DNA of 64,000 nucleotides from Eledone cirrhosa (Eukaryota), in NCBI GenBank assembly GCA_964016885.1, contig OZ024741.1:60078001-60142000 (forward strand), in the 5' to 3' direction. Each line of letters begins with the position of its first letter. Within the stretch, counting starts at the first letter, position 1. Shown piece after piece: positions 1 to 13,991 of this stretch. Under the pieces are notes generated by a model. The model saw only the letters and a program-made list of their open reading frames with translations. It was not told where the DNA came from and made no database searches. Position numbers and translations under genes: made by a program.

Positions 1-1602
1 GAAACAAAATCACTGGAAGCTGGAGAAGTTAACATTAATTGTGGAATTTTTCAGGGTGACTCTTTATCACCGCTTTTATTCTGCATCGCACTTATACCAT
101 TAAGTAAAATGCTCAATGAAACAAAACATGGATATAGAGTCTATGACAAAACCATTAATCACCTGTTCTACATGGATGACCTGAAACTATTTGCAAAAAA
201 TGATGAACAATTGCAAGGGCTATTATCCACTGTGAAGCAGTTCAGTGATGACATTAAAATGGAGTTTGGACTGGATAAATGCGCCAAAGCAACGTTCACC
301 AGAGGAAAGCTGCTGAAGAGTTCAGACATTAATCTTGATCGGGGGAACGTGATAAGAGAGCTTGATCAAGAACAAACTTACAAATATCTAGGTGTTTGTG
401 AAGGAGACGGAATCAAGCACTCGACAATGAGGGAAAGGATAAGGAAGTAATGTTACCGCAGAGTCAGAGCAATCTTAAGAACGGAATTGAATGCAAGGAA
501 TAGGATCGATGCCATAAACACGCTTGCCATACCAGTAGTAACCTACAGTTACAATGTCATCAACTGGTCAAGCACAGAGATCCGTAGGCTCGATACAAAA
601 ATTCGAAAATTCTTAACCATGCACAGAATGCATCACCCTAAGGCAGACATAGATAGAATATATCTCCCTAGGAAAGAAGGAGGACGTGGGTTAATCCAGT
701 TAGACATTGCGTTGAAAACTGCAACAATTGGATTATCCACATATCTAAGGGAATCACATGATTGGATGATCAAACTCGTTTTGAAACACGAAAGCACCAA
801 AAGATCATATTCCATTACAAAAGATGCACAAAGATACAGTAATGGACTACAAATTTCAGAAGTCCCATTTACTGCTGAAATGGAAAACACAGATAAAGCA
901 AAGCAGGTAAAAGTAACTGCAAAGAAAGAACTGCTACAGAAACTGGCTAAGAAATGGCAAGAAAAGCCTCTGTATGGAAAATACCCAGAGCGAGCTAACA
1001 ATCATACATTGGATAATGTGTAAGCATTTTGACCTGCCCCATCAAAAGAATTGGTGGGAACATCAACCACTTCCCATACTTGAAAAAGATCACATCTCAA
1101 TCTTGTGGAACTTTAGCATCCAAACAGACCGAAAAATAGATGCAAATAGACCTGATATAATATTGAAGGACTTTCAAAGGAGGGTATGCCTGCTAATTGA
1201 TATGTCTGTTCCAATAGACAAGAATGTATCTATAAAAACATTTGAAAAATTGAGCAAGTATAAGGACCTGGAGATAGAAATTGGAAAAATGTGGAAATTG
1301 AGAACTAAAACAATACCAGTGGTTTTAGGCGCTCTGGGAATGATACCTAAGGGGTCTAACGACTACTTATCGCAAATCCCAGGAAACCCGCGTATAGGAG
1401 AAATACAAAAGATAGTACTAATGGGAACTGCCCATATACTAAGGAAGATCCTGTCAATATAAGTACATCACAAGTCTAAACACTAAGGATGCATGTGTGA
1501 ATATGTATGTTCTTTCTTGAACATGGCGGACCTTGTTGTCTCTTGAGGTCACTGGTTGTGACTTGGTGATAACTCGTATAAACATAAAGCAAGATAAATG
1601 CA
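1..1602 (+). mobile_element. R4/Dong-type non-LTR retrotransposon (family B), 3' part, defective
   Basis: Carries RT motifs IFQGDSLSPLLF and HLFYMDDLKLF and RLE motifs RPD..D..K..KY. It has a stop at 448-450 and a ~257 bp deletion at ~1003 that removes the CCHC finger. It is near-identical to 55714-57570 and ends in (AAT)22. Confidence 0.93.

Positions 1603-1668
<66 letters not shown>
1603..1668. repeat. (AAT)22 microsatellite shared as tail by converging Dong (+) and Tx1 (-) elements
   Basis: Read directly from the sequence. Confidence 0.98.
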
Positions 1669-4600
1669 TGTTTCTTTATTGGCCTCAAGTACATTACAGA
1701 CGGCACAGAACGGTACGGGACGATACAGTGTGAGTTTAGTTCGTGTAAAAAAGGGTTATAACAAAAAACAACATAAACAAATTAAGTAATTTAAACAACA
1801 AACATTCCACAGTAGGGGGAAACTTCCGAGGGTCACTCGTGGCGAAAACCACACAAAAGACCACGGCCACCCTGACCACCAGGGCAAGTGACCTCTCTCA
1901 CTTTTCTGACTCCTCAGTCTACAGGCTCATACTCAAAGCGGGCGCGGTCACACTTTTCATGGTTTATCCTTGCTCCTATCACCGCTTCGTATTACATGAG
2001 AGCGATGCCGAACATCTGGACATGTTTGGTGCTCGACACCACCACGGATCCCCCGCATCACAGTTCGCGTGGGACCCTCCCCCCCTCATCGTCTCCAATT
2101 TGTGCAGTAACGGCTCGAGGGCCTTTAAGTACAACAGGGACGAGAGGGGACAACCCTGGCAGTCTGAGCGCATGATGCTGAACGGCTGTTATAGGTGACC
2201 ATTCACCCTCACAGTCGAGCAGATATCGTTGTGCATTGAAGTGATCCAGCCCCTCAAAACGGGCCCGAAGCCGGCCGCCTCGAGGAGCGCAGCCAGGTAC
2301 CGATGGTCGACCTTATGAAATGCTTTAGATTGATCCAAGTTGATCAGAGCCCCACCCGTGCAAGATTCCTTAACCACCCTTAGTAAGATATATCGCATGA
2401 GATGGAGCTTGTCGTGGATATATATGTCCGGCATAGCGCATGTCTGCGCCTCTCCCATCAGATCACCGACGACAAGCGCCAATCCCATTGCTAACACCTT
2501 GGCCAAAATCTTGAACTCTGCCTTTAGCAAAGTTATGGGCATGAAGTTGTCTATAAGGTTTCCGGTCTTGTTCGGGTCTTTTCTCAGCAGCCCCACCGCT
2601 CCCCGGCTCACAAACTGGGAATGCTCCCGTTCTGCTGCCAGTTGCAGTAAACATCTGCCAAGAGGTCGCCGAACAAGTCTGGCACGTACGCATAATGGTC
2701 GTAAGGCAGACCATCCAAACCTGGCGATTTACCCCTCGTGCAGTCAGACATCGCTTCCCGTATTTCACCTACTGTTATCTGCTTTTCGCAGGCCTGCGCT
2801 GCGGTCGTCGAGAGCCGCAGCAGTCTGTCGAGGTATGCACCGTAGTCCATACTCCAAACCGGCCCGCCGCCGCTCCGAAAAATTGAGCAAAATGCTCTTG
2901 AAAATATGCACACATCTGCTCGAGATCGAGCAACTGCCCTCGTTTTGATCAGGCAAAGACCAAATTGTGGATTTGTTGCCACGTTCGCCTCCACCATCCG
3001 GCCCCACTGAACGGCTTTCGTCCGCTCGTGTCTCATAGCACGCGCTCTAGCTCTGATAACGCAGCCTTCGTACTGTGTGTTGAAGAATTGGTCGAGTGCC
3101 AACTTCGCCGCAAGCACGTCGGTTGCGATGCCTGTCTTGAACACCTCTTCTAGCTTTATAACTAGCTCTCCCTCTACTCTATTTTCCTCTATCACTACTC
3201 CTTTGCTAAACTTTATCAATTCTACTCTAATAGCCCTTTTCAGAGTAAACCACCACCTGTTTTTGACGATCACACCCGTCAACGCACGCTTAATTAATTC
3301 TCAAATCCGGTCTTTGTAAGCTTTGTGCTCTGGGAGCAACACGTTCAGCTTCCAGTAATCGGGCCCTTGCCTATGGAGTCTATCTAAGTCAACTTCACAG
3401 ATCACTAATTGGTGGTCCGTGTAGTCTTTAAATTGTGGACAGCCTACACTAGCCTTATCTGTTTCGATACAGAATACCCTATCTAGATGCGATCTGGATG
3501 ACCCGATGCGCTTTGCCCATGTCCACATTGGCACATTCGGATAATCCAGTCTATACCTGTCAGACTGTTCAAAATGTCTGAGCTGCTTGTTGAGGCTTTT
3601 ACACCCTCCTCCCCTTTCTACTAGCCCCACATATTCCCAGCGTACATCTAAGATACTGTTCCAGTCGCCCACTAACACTAAAGAGTGGGACGTTCCCAGA
3701 AAGATCTCTAGATGTCTGAAGAAATCTAGCCGTCCTGCCCCTGTTGGGGAGTAGACAGCTTCTAGCCTGAAAGCATTGCCTTCGCTGTCGGTCATGTCGA
3801 GCACTATCCACTTACCTTTTAGTCCAGGAAGATGCTTGTATGGCGAGATCGAAGCCTCTCCGAAAAAGCACAGCAACTCCTCCCCCTCGCCCCAGGGCGT
3901 CTGGGAGATGCGTACACTTCGTAGCCGCCGCAGATCGGTGCGAAGGCTCGTGCTTCGGAGATTGTGGTCTCGCTGATGGCCACCACATCTATGTATAGTG
4001 ACATGAAATCGCTGAGCAGGAGACCCTGCTTCCAAGATGACCCCATGCCACGTACATTTACACTGCGTATTCTAAGTAGGGCCATGCTGGGCAAGGAAAG
4101 GTGTGAGAAAGGATCACTTAACTAGATCGTGTGGGGAAGGGACAGTCGAATCCACACCATCTCTTCGGCTGGTCATGGGTATCTCCAAGATGATATATTT
4201 CTATATTTTCTTGGAGAGTGACCCTCTGAAATCCCCGACAGCGTTGGAGAATTTTTGTTTTAAATGATTATAATTTTCCAGTTTAATTTCGACAATGTTT
4301 ATATTTTTTGGTAATGTTCTTGGTTTTCGTTTGGTGTGGTAATTGTTGTCTGTAATGTCTGTATGCAGCTCTATATGTTTCATGAGTTCTTTGTTAGTAA
4401 TGTCTATGGTTGTGTAACTTTTTTTAGCGGGGAGGGGTTGTTTTGTTTCTGTTTTTTTGTTGTTGTTGCTGCTGTTGGGTGTGTGTGCCTTGTTTGTGTT
4501 TGTGATGTTGGTGTTTGTTGTGATGTTGGTCGTGGTGATGCTTGTCGTGGTGATTGTGGTGGTGTTGCTGCAAGTCACCTTGCAACCTTTACCCCTCCTT

Positions 4601-5320
4601 CTTTGTCCTCGCCTTTGGAGGGTGAAGTTGCGCTGTTATTTCGTTTGTTTTCTTGCAAACCATTTTCCCATCCTCTGCCGCCTCCTCATATTCCCTCTCC
4701 GACTGCTAGAGGTCGGGGAGGGGTATGAGTTCTACCCTCTCATTTGTTGCTGTTGTTGTTGGTGGTAGTTGTGATGGAGCATGGTCTGCCGTTCTTGGCG
4801 CAGGTGCAACTAGTGCAACTGTTTCTATTGCTGCCATTGCCAACACTGGTTTTGTTGTCCGTGGCTTTGGTGTGGGTACCACGGACGTTGTCTTCCTACT
4901 CTCTGTAGAAGACCCGACTTTCTCGCAGCCTGCTCTGTTTTTGATGGCAGCGGTTCCGGCGTTGTATGGAGGGTGAGTTTTGCCTTTCTCATCTTCTGTG
5001 GGCAGAAGGCTCTGAGATGTGACTTCGATCCACAGTTGAAGCACTTTGGGCGCCTTCCTTGTACAGATATGGGAAGTTGGGAGCAATACCCGAGGTCTAT
5101 TACGTCGGTAACAGCACTGATGAAGTCCTGTGTCTCTCTCTACACGATGTAATTTCATGTCAATTGTATTCAGAGAGATAAATGCTATCTTTGTTATGCC
5201 CTCTTCGAGAGACATACGTCTCTGTGTCTTTTCTCTGGTGAGACGCTTTCTCTCGATTAATTCTCATATTTTATTATAAGCGTCGTCGCATTTCCATAAA
5301 CCGAGTCCATCTTAAATTGA
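1669..5320 (-). mobile_element. Tx1-type (L1 group) non-LTR retrotransposon copy 1, 5'-truncated and internally deleted
   Basis: APE start MALLRIRSVNVRG lies at ~4085, with GDWN and TDH motifs. RT motifs include GKSPGLDGL and LINLDQSKAF. ORF1 has a zinc knuckle GRRPKCFNCGSKSHLRAFC at ~5000-5060. It is colinear with 41921-47807. The 5' boundary is approximate. Confidence 0.9.
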
Positions 5321-6099
5321 ACAAATATGAAGATATAATGCGTGCTAATACCTTTCAGATCTTCTTTGAGCTACCATCAGATGAAGTATATAAAAAGAAA
5401 AATAATTTCTAACCGAATTTTAGAATATGGTGAAGTGGAAACTATTTATCGATGACATCTTTAAGTCTTTTCAAGCATCCAATCTAATCTGATAGATATA
5501 AAGAGCGGAACAGTTTGATCTATGATGAAATATGAATAATAAAAATCAATGGAAAAGGAGGATTGATTCTGAATAAGTAAATCTGATATTAAAAATGTGA
5601 TTACATTTCAGAGTTTCTGTGAAATTAATCGTTTACGAGCCCCCAGTTTTTTCGTTAATGGATAATTGGAAAACATTGATCTATAATTCCGAGTTTAAAT
5701 ATGATTGACCTCACTTTAAAGTGAATCAACTCACTAATGTCTGTGATCCATAATACAAATTAAAACTGGATAAAAGAAACTTTTTTTTTAAATAGCTCTT
5801 TCCTACATATTGAATATGCACATATATACATAAGTCATAGGAAATCATTTAACTATTTTAATAGAAAACATAAAATTCTACAACCCATTTGCAAAGAAAT
5901 GTTGTTATGAAAAATCTTCAAATATTGAATTACTCAATAATACACAATCTATTATATTAAACTATTGTACATGACGTATAAAATGTTCGTCCAACTGAAA
6001 ATAGGAATGGTAAGAGTGTGCGTGTGGGAGAGAGAAAATGTCATTATAGAAAGGTGATGGCATCAACAGAACAGCCTAATCATGAAATTAAAGTATAAG

Positions 6100-6340
6100 T
6101 GACTCAGTATTATACAGACACGTCTAGCCTTAACTTATATCTTAAGGAGATTCAGCTTGAGACCAAAGTGTGTGACAAGTCTGGTTCCTTGAATTACAGG
6201 TACAATCCATCGGACGGTCTTCCAAATAGTTTCCACCTACCAACATTCATGTCGACCGGGTGTCATGATAAATATCATTTGTCCACGACACTACGCATTG
6301 AGATCGAAATCGCTATATCAAGATTACAAAACGAGCCCCC
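6100..6340 (+). mobile_element. Old SINE-like dispersed repeat (family 2), decayed
   Basis: The motifs tgtgacaag..ccttgaattacaggtaca and gagcactccacagacac recur at ~6975-7110(+), 8660-8830(-), 8990-9390(+), 17060-17290(-), 19380-19620(+), 21590-21900(+) and 22480-22690(-). Confidence 0.6.
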
Positions 6341-8077
6341 TAACAACTCTGCGATGCTGCCCCCCCACAATATAGTGTACCTGATGCTTCAGAAAACACA
6401 TACAACTCGTGTCCTGTCGTCTATATTGACAGTTAATTAGAATGGAAGAGTTCGGTGATTGTTGTTTCAGGATATATCAGAATAAGAGTGAATGGATAGC
6501 AATTACATACCTCTCAGCTTGTAATCTAACACTTTACCCTTTCAGCAACTTGAAAGCCTCGTTTACATGTACTTTTAAAATGTTACAGCTGAATGTAGTA
6601 AGAACAACACTCATTTTAAATGAAGTGGTTGTATTCTAAGTACTGTCAATGGCACACACACACGCACACACGCACGCACACACACACACGCACCTACACA
6701 CACACACACACAACATATATATATATATATACTGTGATAACTTTCTACTAAAGTCAATGCCTATTTCAATAGCTATCGTCATTTATGAATGCATGGAGCC
6801 TAGGAAAATATTACTTGAGGAGAACTCTGTTGATTTGATTCCAGGATGTATGACATCAATAAGATATACGTATGTGAAACTATTATTGTGCAAGTCTATT
6901 TCGATGTGAGTTATATGTTATTCCATTTTAAATGACTTTCTATGATTATTCACTAGAATAAGGTGAAATGGAATGGAATGGACCTCCGCCGGTTTCGACA
7001 ATGATTGTTCCAGTTGTTCGACCAGTCTAATCGTAATATTACAATATAAGAAGCTGAGCACTCCACTGACACGTAAACTATTAACGTAATTCTCAGGGAG
7101 ATTCAGCATGAGAGTAATATCCCATTTTCCAGCTGAATTTTCTGGTGCCACGTGATAGGAAGTATTTTGGTCAATGGCATAATGTGCAAGTAACTGGGCC
7201 TTCCACAGCTACGTATACCATTAACATAATTTTTCGGGAAATTGAGCGTCATATAGTATGTCACAAGGTTAGCGAATACAGCTATGACCCATTTCAAATA
7301 AAGCAACATGACACATAATTTGTGGATTGATCTCATGATGTTAGGACGGTGAGCCAAACACCTCGGCCACGAAGCCTATACACTACACAATATATACAGT
7401 AAAACAGCATAAACATGTGCTTAATTTACAAATCATTCAGCAAATATATAATCTGAAAATGTATGCTTTCCATTTTTGGAAGTCACTACAATACAAAGAA
7501 CTATACAAAAATTGTTGAATAAGTCAGATAAAATACCTCTGGCGTCCCTGTACCCATTCGTCGTCTTCAGGTCTACTTTACTCCATTTATTCGATTATTA
7601 TTTGTAGTTATCCTCAATGTGGTGACTTCCTCAAAGGAAAAGTAAATATATTTTTAAACGTATAATTTGCAAAATTACATGTTTCTCACAGAAGAATAAA
7701 ATCTCCTAAAATCAAAATTTTCTTCACCAAGGAACTGGAATTTATGAAGACGTCATACGAAAATTACACGGAAAAATAATTCCGAAACGAAACTGGAAAA
7801 GGAATAAAAAAAATGATAAATGAAAAATTGATTTATATCGTGTAAGCAACGAAATGATGTTTACTAAATAAAATAAACTCCAAGAGTTTACGATATTCTG
7901 AACATTTTGCAATCTCCATTTTGCCTTATGGTATCTGATAAACGGTAATTTCATATTCAGTTTTGCGATGCCCCCCACCCAACAAGAAAAATATTTATGA
8001 TTTACATATATGAAAATATGGTGCTTCCTGTAAAATTAGTATATTTATTTTAAACATATCTGATATGTTCACAGACA

Positions 8078-8200
8078 GCGAAATGGCAGAGTTGTTAGTA
8101 AGATGGATAGAATGATTTGCTGCATTAGATTCAGGTCTCTGCATTCGCAGTTCAAATCCCATTGTAGTCAACTTTGTTTTTCATAATTTCAGCCCATCAC
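8078..8200 (+). mobile_element. tRNA-derived SINE, old degenerate copy
   Basis: Contains tggcagagttgtt (A box-like) and gttcaaatccc (B box), followed by gtcaacttt. Confidence 0.6.
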
Positions 8201-9831
8201 AGTACTATAATCAATCTACTCTCTCTCTCTCTCTTTCGCTCCCCACCTCTCTCTCTCTCTATTTCTCTCCCCCTCTCTCTCTCTCTCTCTTTCCTACTCC
8301 GCTTCTGGAAGAAATCAGCTGCTTCAGAACTTGAGAAAGATGGGTTCCACCAGGTTTAGAATGTCATGACAGCACCCCTACAATTCCAACAGGTGTTATT
8401 GATCCACAGAAGGATATTTCCTAAGACGTTTTGTGACTGGTTGAAAACCGCACTTACTAATATTATAGGATAGAATATTTTTATTGGTCACATATATGAA
8501 GATTAGTGTCGTGTATGTGAGATTTCTGTGGTCACAGCAATCATTAGATCCCTCATTCCATCACACTACATGGCGTCTTTGTCAAATGTTATTTGACAAT
8601 AGCCTCGCGTCAATCCATGGGTTCTGAATGGGTTGACAGAAACTGTTCGGTAACCCTTCGGATGGGACGTACTTGTAATTCAAAGAGCCAGCTTTGTCTC
8701 ACAGTGTAATGCTGAATCCTCCTTAAACTTCCTTAAACGTTTAGACGTTTCTGTAGAATGCTCAGTCACATACACGCCATGTTCATGAGCAGGCTGTTCC
8801 GGTGATCGAACAGCCGGAGCACTCATCGTGAAAAATGACGTAGGTCGATTCTATCTTAGCTTTCTACAATAGTAGGAACTGAGAGGCAACAAACCTCATT
8901 ATTTAGTATCGAGCCATTTCCAATCTCGAATTGCACTAAATCCAATATGAAATTTGGGACCTGTTGAGACTCAATCATTTCCAGCGACAGGTGAACCGCT
9001 GGTTGTTTCCCCAACGGTACAGTCTACTAGTGAAATTAAAGGGGAAGTGATTGAGCATTCCACAGACATATGAGAACCCAAAACATAACTATGAGGGATG
9101 GGTATTTGAATTAGTGTTACAACTCAAATTTTGCAACAGACAGAATTGGAGCAGCGTGAAATAGTTTCTTGCTCAAGGATACAAAGCGCATCAAGGAATC
9201 GAACTTACATCATCATAATAGCAAATGGAACACTCTAAACACGGAGCCATGTGCCATTCTCTACTTGCAATAAATCTAATCTAACTCAAATGTTACTGAA
9301 GAATGGATTGGAGCAAATAAAGTCTTGTTCAAGGAATCGAATTCACTACCTTAAGTTCATGAGCGGAACACGAAACCACGCACCTTCAATTTAGGAATGT
9401 ATCAGTAATATATTGTTTTAAATGTTAGCCGGCTTCACATTTTATACGTAGTTTTGGAATGGAAAGTATTTCCAATTCATTTTTATCATGGTTTACATAT
9501 GATTCGACTTCGAATAAATAGAATTGTTTAATTTAAATCAGGATAAATAATTTTATTTTCCTAAAGGCTTCCAATTTACTAGAACATGTATAATTTAAAA
9601 TTTTTCGGAAACTATCAGTTCATATAGAGAAATTCCAGGTGTTTGTTTCCAGAAGGAAATGATACAATACAATGTCATTACGTATCAATGTCTGGTAATG
9701 ATATGTTTCAATTATTTTATGAATACCAACTTGGAATTATAGTACTGTCTCTCTAAATGCAAATCTCTCGCAAGTATGTGAACACTGTAATTTAGCTAAC
9801 GTAACAGTCATCATTATACAACTCGATAATG

Positions 9832-10045
9832 ATGGTTGATTAGTAGTATCGGTAAAGCGTCAGACTACATGCTATGCGGCATATAATTATGTCTCTTTAC
9901 TTTCTGAGTTCAAATCCCACCGTGGTTAGATTTGCCTTTCATCTTTACGGGCTCGATAAAATAAAGTACCAGTAACGCCATGGAGTCAATTTAATTGAAT
10001 TACCTTTCCCTAAAAATTGTTGGCCAAGTACCTAATCAGAAACCA
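9832..10045 (+). mobile_element. tRNA-derived SINE, degenerate copy
   Basis: Contains gagttcaaatccc and tttgccttttcatctttacgggctcgataaaataaagtacc, and ends in agaaaccattat. Confidence 0.8.
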
Positions 10046-10821
10046 TTATACAAAATTATAAAATTAATGCCTTTTAGCAGCACTAAACTACGATAAACAA
10101 TTTATTGTCTTTTATTACAACCAGCATGTTTCAAGTATCATTGTTGTTGATATTATACGCTTTCGATAATACTTCAATCCATGGCTATATTTTCTCTGTT
10201 GATTGAGACGAAAACAGTTCGTTTATTAATGTCTATGGATTTATAGTTGCGGATGCATACCAGATCCAGTTGACTTGGACTACGGATTTTATCCTACAAA
10301 CACAATAGTACATGGACTGCGACTGCTGCTGCCACTACTACTACTAATGGTAATAATTGTAATAATTATATATATATATAGTTCAAGGAGACAATAAACA
10401 GGGGTACATAAATTCTTATTAGTTTCACGCTTTATATTGAATTCTACTAGACTAGAACTGTTTTATTCGTTTCAAATCTTCAAGAATCAATATGAAATAA
10501 GATTGTACCTTTCATACAAATGTACTTACTATCTTATTTAACTGTAGGTTTTTTTTCCAACCACTTCGGGAAACCATTCTTAATTATATATATATACAAA
10601 GACCAAAATCCGAAATGTAATCGATAAGTATTGTATATATAAACCCGTAGAGCAACTATTTATTCGGTTTAAAGTAGTAATTTATTACTTAAACTTTTAA
10701 TCTGTACTAATAATTAGTATATATATATATATATATATACACTGCCAAATCAACTTTTTCAAATACAAGTCGATGTTGAACGGTATGTCAAATCTATTTA
10801 TCTATAAAACTGTCTATATTG

Positions 10822-10887
10822 TATTTTGTCTGAGGAAGGCATAACATATTGTTAATATGATATCCCTGAAATATATATAATGAAATA
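10822..10887 (+). ncRNA. Minimal type I hammerhead ribozyme motif in a Penelope-derived remnant (10740-11020)
   Basis: CTGAGGA (10830-36), stem II agg..cct, GAAA (10868-71), palindromic tatatata, and stem I tattttgt/atgaaata. The remnant is flanked by (TA)n. Confidence 0.7.
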
Positions 10888-11014
10888 AATATGGTTTTAT
10901 AAATATAGTTTCCATTTATTTAATATCGTAAATATACTCCAAATACTTGTTGAGTGCTTTTATATCAGTTATAAATATTTACTAGTTGTAACCCAACAAT
11001 TTAAATATAACTTT

Positions 11015-11064
<50 letters not shown>

Positions 11065-11179
11065 GTGTGTGTGTATATATATATATAACGAAGGAAATGT
11101 GGTAAGGAACCAGATAGACCATAACGCACCAGAGTACTCAATACTTAGGGTAGTAGAGTTGGTAATAGGAAAAAGTATG

Positions 11180-11276
11180 ACCCCCGACGGCAGAGCTCAA
11201 CCCATTTCGACGGCTATTTCTGGACTACATTAGAATTTTTAGCCTGGTAAATAAATAGCCGAACTTGTCAAGGGGT
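11180..11276 (-). ncRNA. Hammerhead ribozyme, U3-A8 variant (degenerate copy)
   Basis: Minus strand reads acccc-TTGACAA-stem II (cggctattt/aaatagccg)-GAAA-tgggttgagctctgcc-GTC-ggggg. Stem III is weakened. Confidence 0.65.
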
Positions 11277-12455
11277 ACTTCCTTATATGGGAAGATTGTA
11301 GTTGTCAAGAGGATTGGTCAAAATTTGTTGTAAACAAAAATAAGTCTGTCATGGCATTTTGGTGAGAGGTAGGGTTGGCTTAACTTGCCTGTAGAAAAAT
11401 GAGGGTGTGAGTGGATCTGGTCAAGCAGTTGAAAGTGAAATCTATACAGCTGATTCTAAGAATAGTGTATGAAAAGTCGAAAAATTGTTCTGGGGAAAAT
11501 GGAGGAGGGAAGCAATAGAATAGGTAAGTCAAATGAGAGTAGGAGACAATAAAAAATAATAGAGAGAAATATAAAGAAAATATATAAAATTAGATAATGA
11601 AAATTAATAAAAAAAACAATAAAAAAAAACAGTAGAGTCTAGAGACAGCTGCTATAATTAGTAGGTGTTGCTTGTACGACCAAAGCTATAGAAAAGGTTA
11701 ATAAGTTGAGAATGGAAAATACTAAATAAGAAATTGTAGAAGTGGGTAGTGAAAAAATATAATGCAAACTTTTCAGGGGTCTAACACAGCTGCTATGAAT
11801 AGTTAGTAAAGCGTATTCCGCCAATGCTATCTTACAATTACAGGTTAATAAGCTGAGAATAGAAAATACTAAATAAGAAATATTGAAATTGTAGAATTGG
11901 AGTAGTAACAACAATGATACAAAATTACAGGGATCTAACACATCTGTTATAAATAGTTAGTTGGTAAAGCGTAATCGGCCAATTCTATCTTAAAAATACA
12001 GGGGTGACGGTACTGTGGCTACAGAGGCCCCATGGGCTGCATCGGGGTAGGCGAAAGGGGAAAAACAGACGAGGGAGAAGATCGGGGGTGGAAGGAAGTG
12101 ATAGGATGAGACAGGGGGAAGAAGACAACACAGAGGAAAAGAAAAGAGGTACATCTACCTATGTAAGCTGGGGTTTCCTCTATCTTATTCGGCAAGTGTG
12201 TGTGTGGGGGGGGGGGGGCAGCCCTTGCCTACCCACCCGGGTCCATATGGGGTTTGAGGGCGAGGTAAGTCCTACGCAATCTGTGTTTGCATGCGGTTAC
12301 CAGCTTGCTTTACCGGCTCCACTCACTCACTCATTGTTCTACAGACAAGTTCAGCCAACCCTACCTCTCACCAAATGCCATGACAGACTTATTTGTGTTT
12401 ACAGCAAATTTTGACCAATCCTCTTGACAACTACAATCTTCCCCTATAATGAAGT

Positions 12456-12551
12456 ACCCCTTGACAAGTTCAGCTATTTATTTACCAGGCTAAACATTCT
12501 GATTTAGTCCAGAAATATCCGTCGAAACGGCTTGAGCTCTGCTGTCGGGGT
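12456..12551 (+). ncRNA. Hammerhead ribozyme, U3-A8 variant
   Basis: acccc-TTGACAA(12461-67)...GAAAcggc ttgagctct gctGTC(12544-46)-ggggt. Confidence 0.75.
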
Positions 12552-12573
12552 CATACTTTTTCCTATATATATA

Positions 12574-12639
<66 letters not shown>

Positions 12640-12723
12640 AATAATAATAAATTTGAAGACTACAATCCAAAGAGGGCTCGATAAGGATAAATAGCGATTC
12701 TTTGCTTAAACTATAATCTGTTA

Positions 12724-12755
<32 letters not shown>

Positions 12756-12767
12756 GGAACAAGTAAG

Positions 12768-12861
12768 ACCCCGACGGCTGAGCTCAAGCCGTTTCGACGG
12801 CTAATTCTGGACTGAATGAAAATTTATTCTGGTATTTAAATAGCCGAGCTTATCAAGCGGT
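12768..12861 (-). ncRNA. Hammerhead ribozyme, U3-A8 variant (inverted arm)
   Basis: Reverse complement of 16760-16853. Confidence 0.78.
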
Positions 12862-13991
12862 AATTCCATATATGGTCAAAGAGATAATCACCAGGATTGG
12901 TCACATCACAAGTTAGTAGTAAATCTGTGATGGCAAATTAGTGGGGGAAGGGGTAGCTAAACCTGCCGGTAGGAGAAAAAGGGAGAGGGGGTGGAGTAGA
13001 CCCATTCATGCGTTGGTAGTGCCGGCTACAACTGGGCGTTAGGTCAAAGAGGATACTGGGGAGGGGAGGGGGGGGGGGGAGGAAGTCGAAACGGTAAGTA
13101 GTACAATAGTACTGAGAATGAAAAAAATAAATAAATAAAATAAGCAAAGTCTGGTTACTAAGACTTAAGTCTCTCGCTATTGCTAAGCTAAAGAAATACA
13201 TAAATAAATAAATAAACAAATAAATGAATAAAAGAATAGATAAATAAATAAAAAAAAAAAATAAATAATAAAAAAATAATAAAATAAATAGACTAGGTGG
13301 GACGGAAATAAAGGGACCCTTATAAGAGGTATAAGTGCGTGTATCGTACGGTGACGGGTCAACAAAAGGGGGGGCCAAAATACTAAAGAGACTACCATGA
13401 AATAATAAAGGTTTCTACCCCAATCACAGGGCCAGCAACCCCCCAGTGCAAGAAAGTAAACTAGTACGAGAATATAATTCAGGGTCCCGAAAAAAATAGT
13501 AATGCTAACTCTAAGGGTACCGCCATGAAACAAAAAGTCTTATACAAGCTACAAGAAAGATCGTATGAAGTAAAAGTAAAGAACGGAAAATTAATACAGA
13601 AACACCCCCCCCCCCCCCAAAAAAAAAGAGAAAAAGAAGAAAGAACTACTGGATAAACGAGAAATTAAAGCAAAGATGCCATTAAGAAATATAGAAGGCA
13701 CGGAAAAAAGGCACAGCGGTCGGAGAAGGGGGCAAGTATCCGAAGTCTAACACCTCTGCTATAAAAAGCGGAGTCAGCCAAATCTATCATAGAATAGGGG
13801 ATAGGGGTGGGGGTGCTGAAGCTACAAGGGACCGAGGAGCTACCTCGGGTGGGCTAGAAAAAGACGACGACAAAGAAAAGGAACTGGGGTAGAAGGACTA
13901 GGGAGGCATGGGGGAAGAAGGAAATATAGAGGAAGCGATAAAAGAATGTAAAAGAAGATCTTACGTCTCCATTGGCAAGCAGGGGTTACCC

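Larger units (their letters stand above)
11086..12565 (-). mobile_element. Non-coding Penelope/Naiad-like derivative with inverted partial pLTR
   Basis: 11086-11280 is homologous to the reverse complement of 16760-16947. There is an inverted repeat 11166-11431 / 12301-12565. (TA)n lies on both sides, and there are internal ~150 bp direct repeats at 11638-12003. Confidence 0.85.

Noticed and set aside
13908-13991. Apparent N-terminus MGEEGNIEE.. of the Penelope ORF
   Set aside because: It is antisense 3'UTR from the inverted arm, fused in frame by chance.
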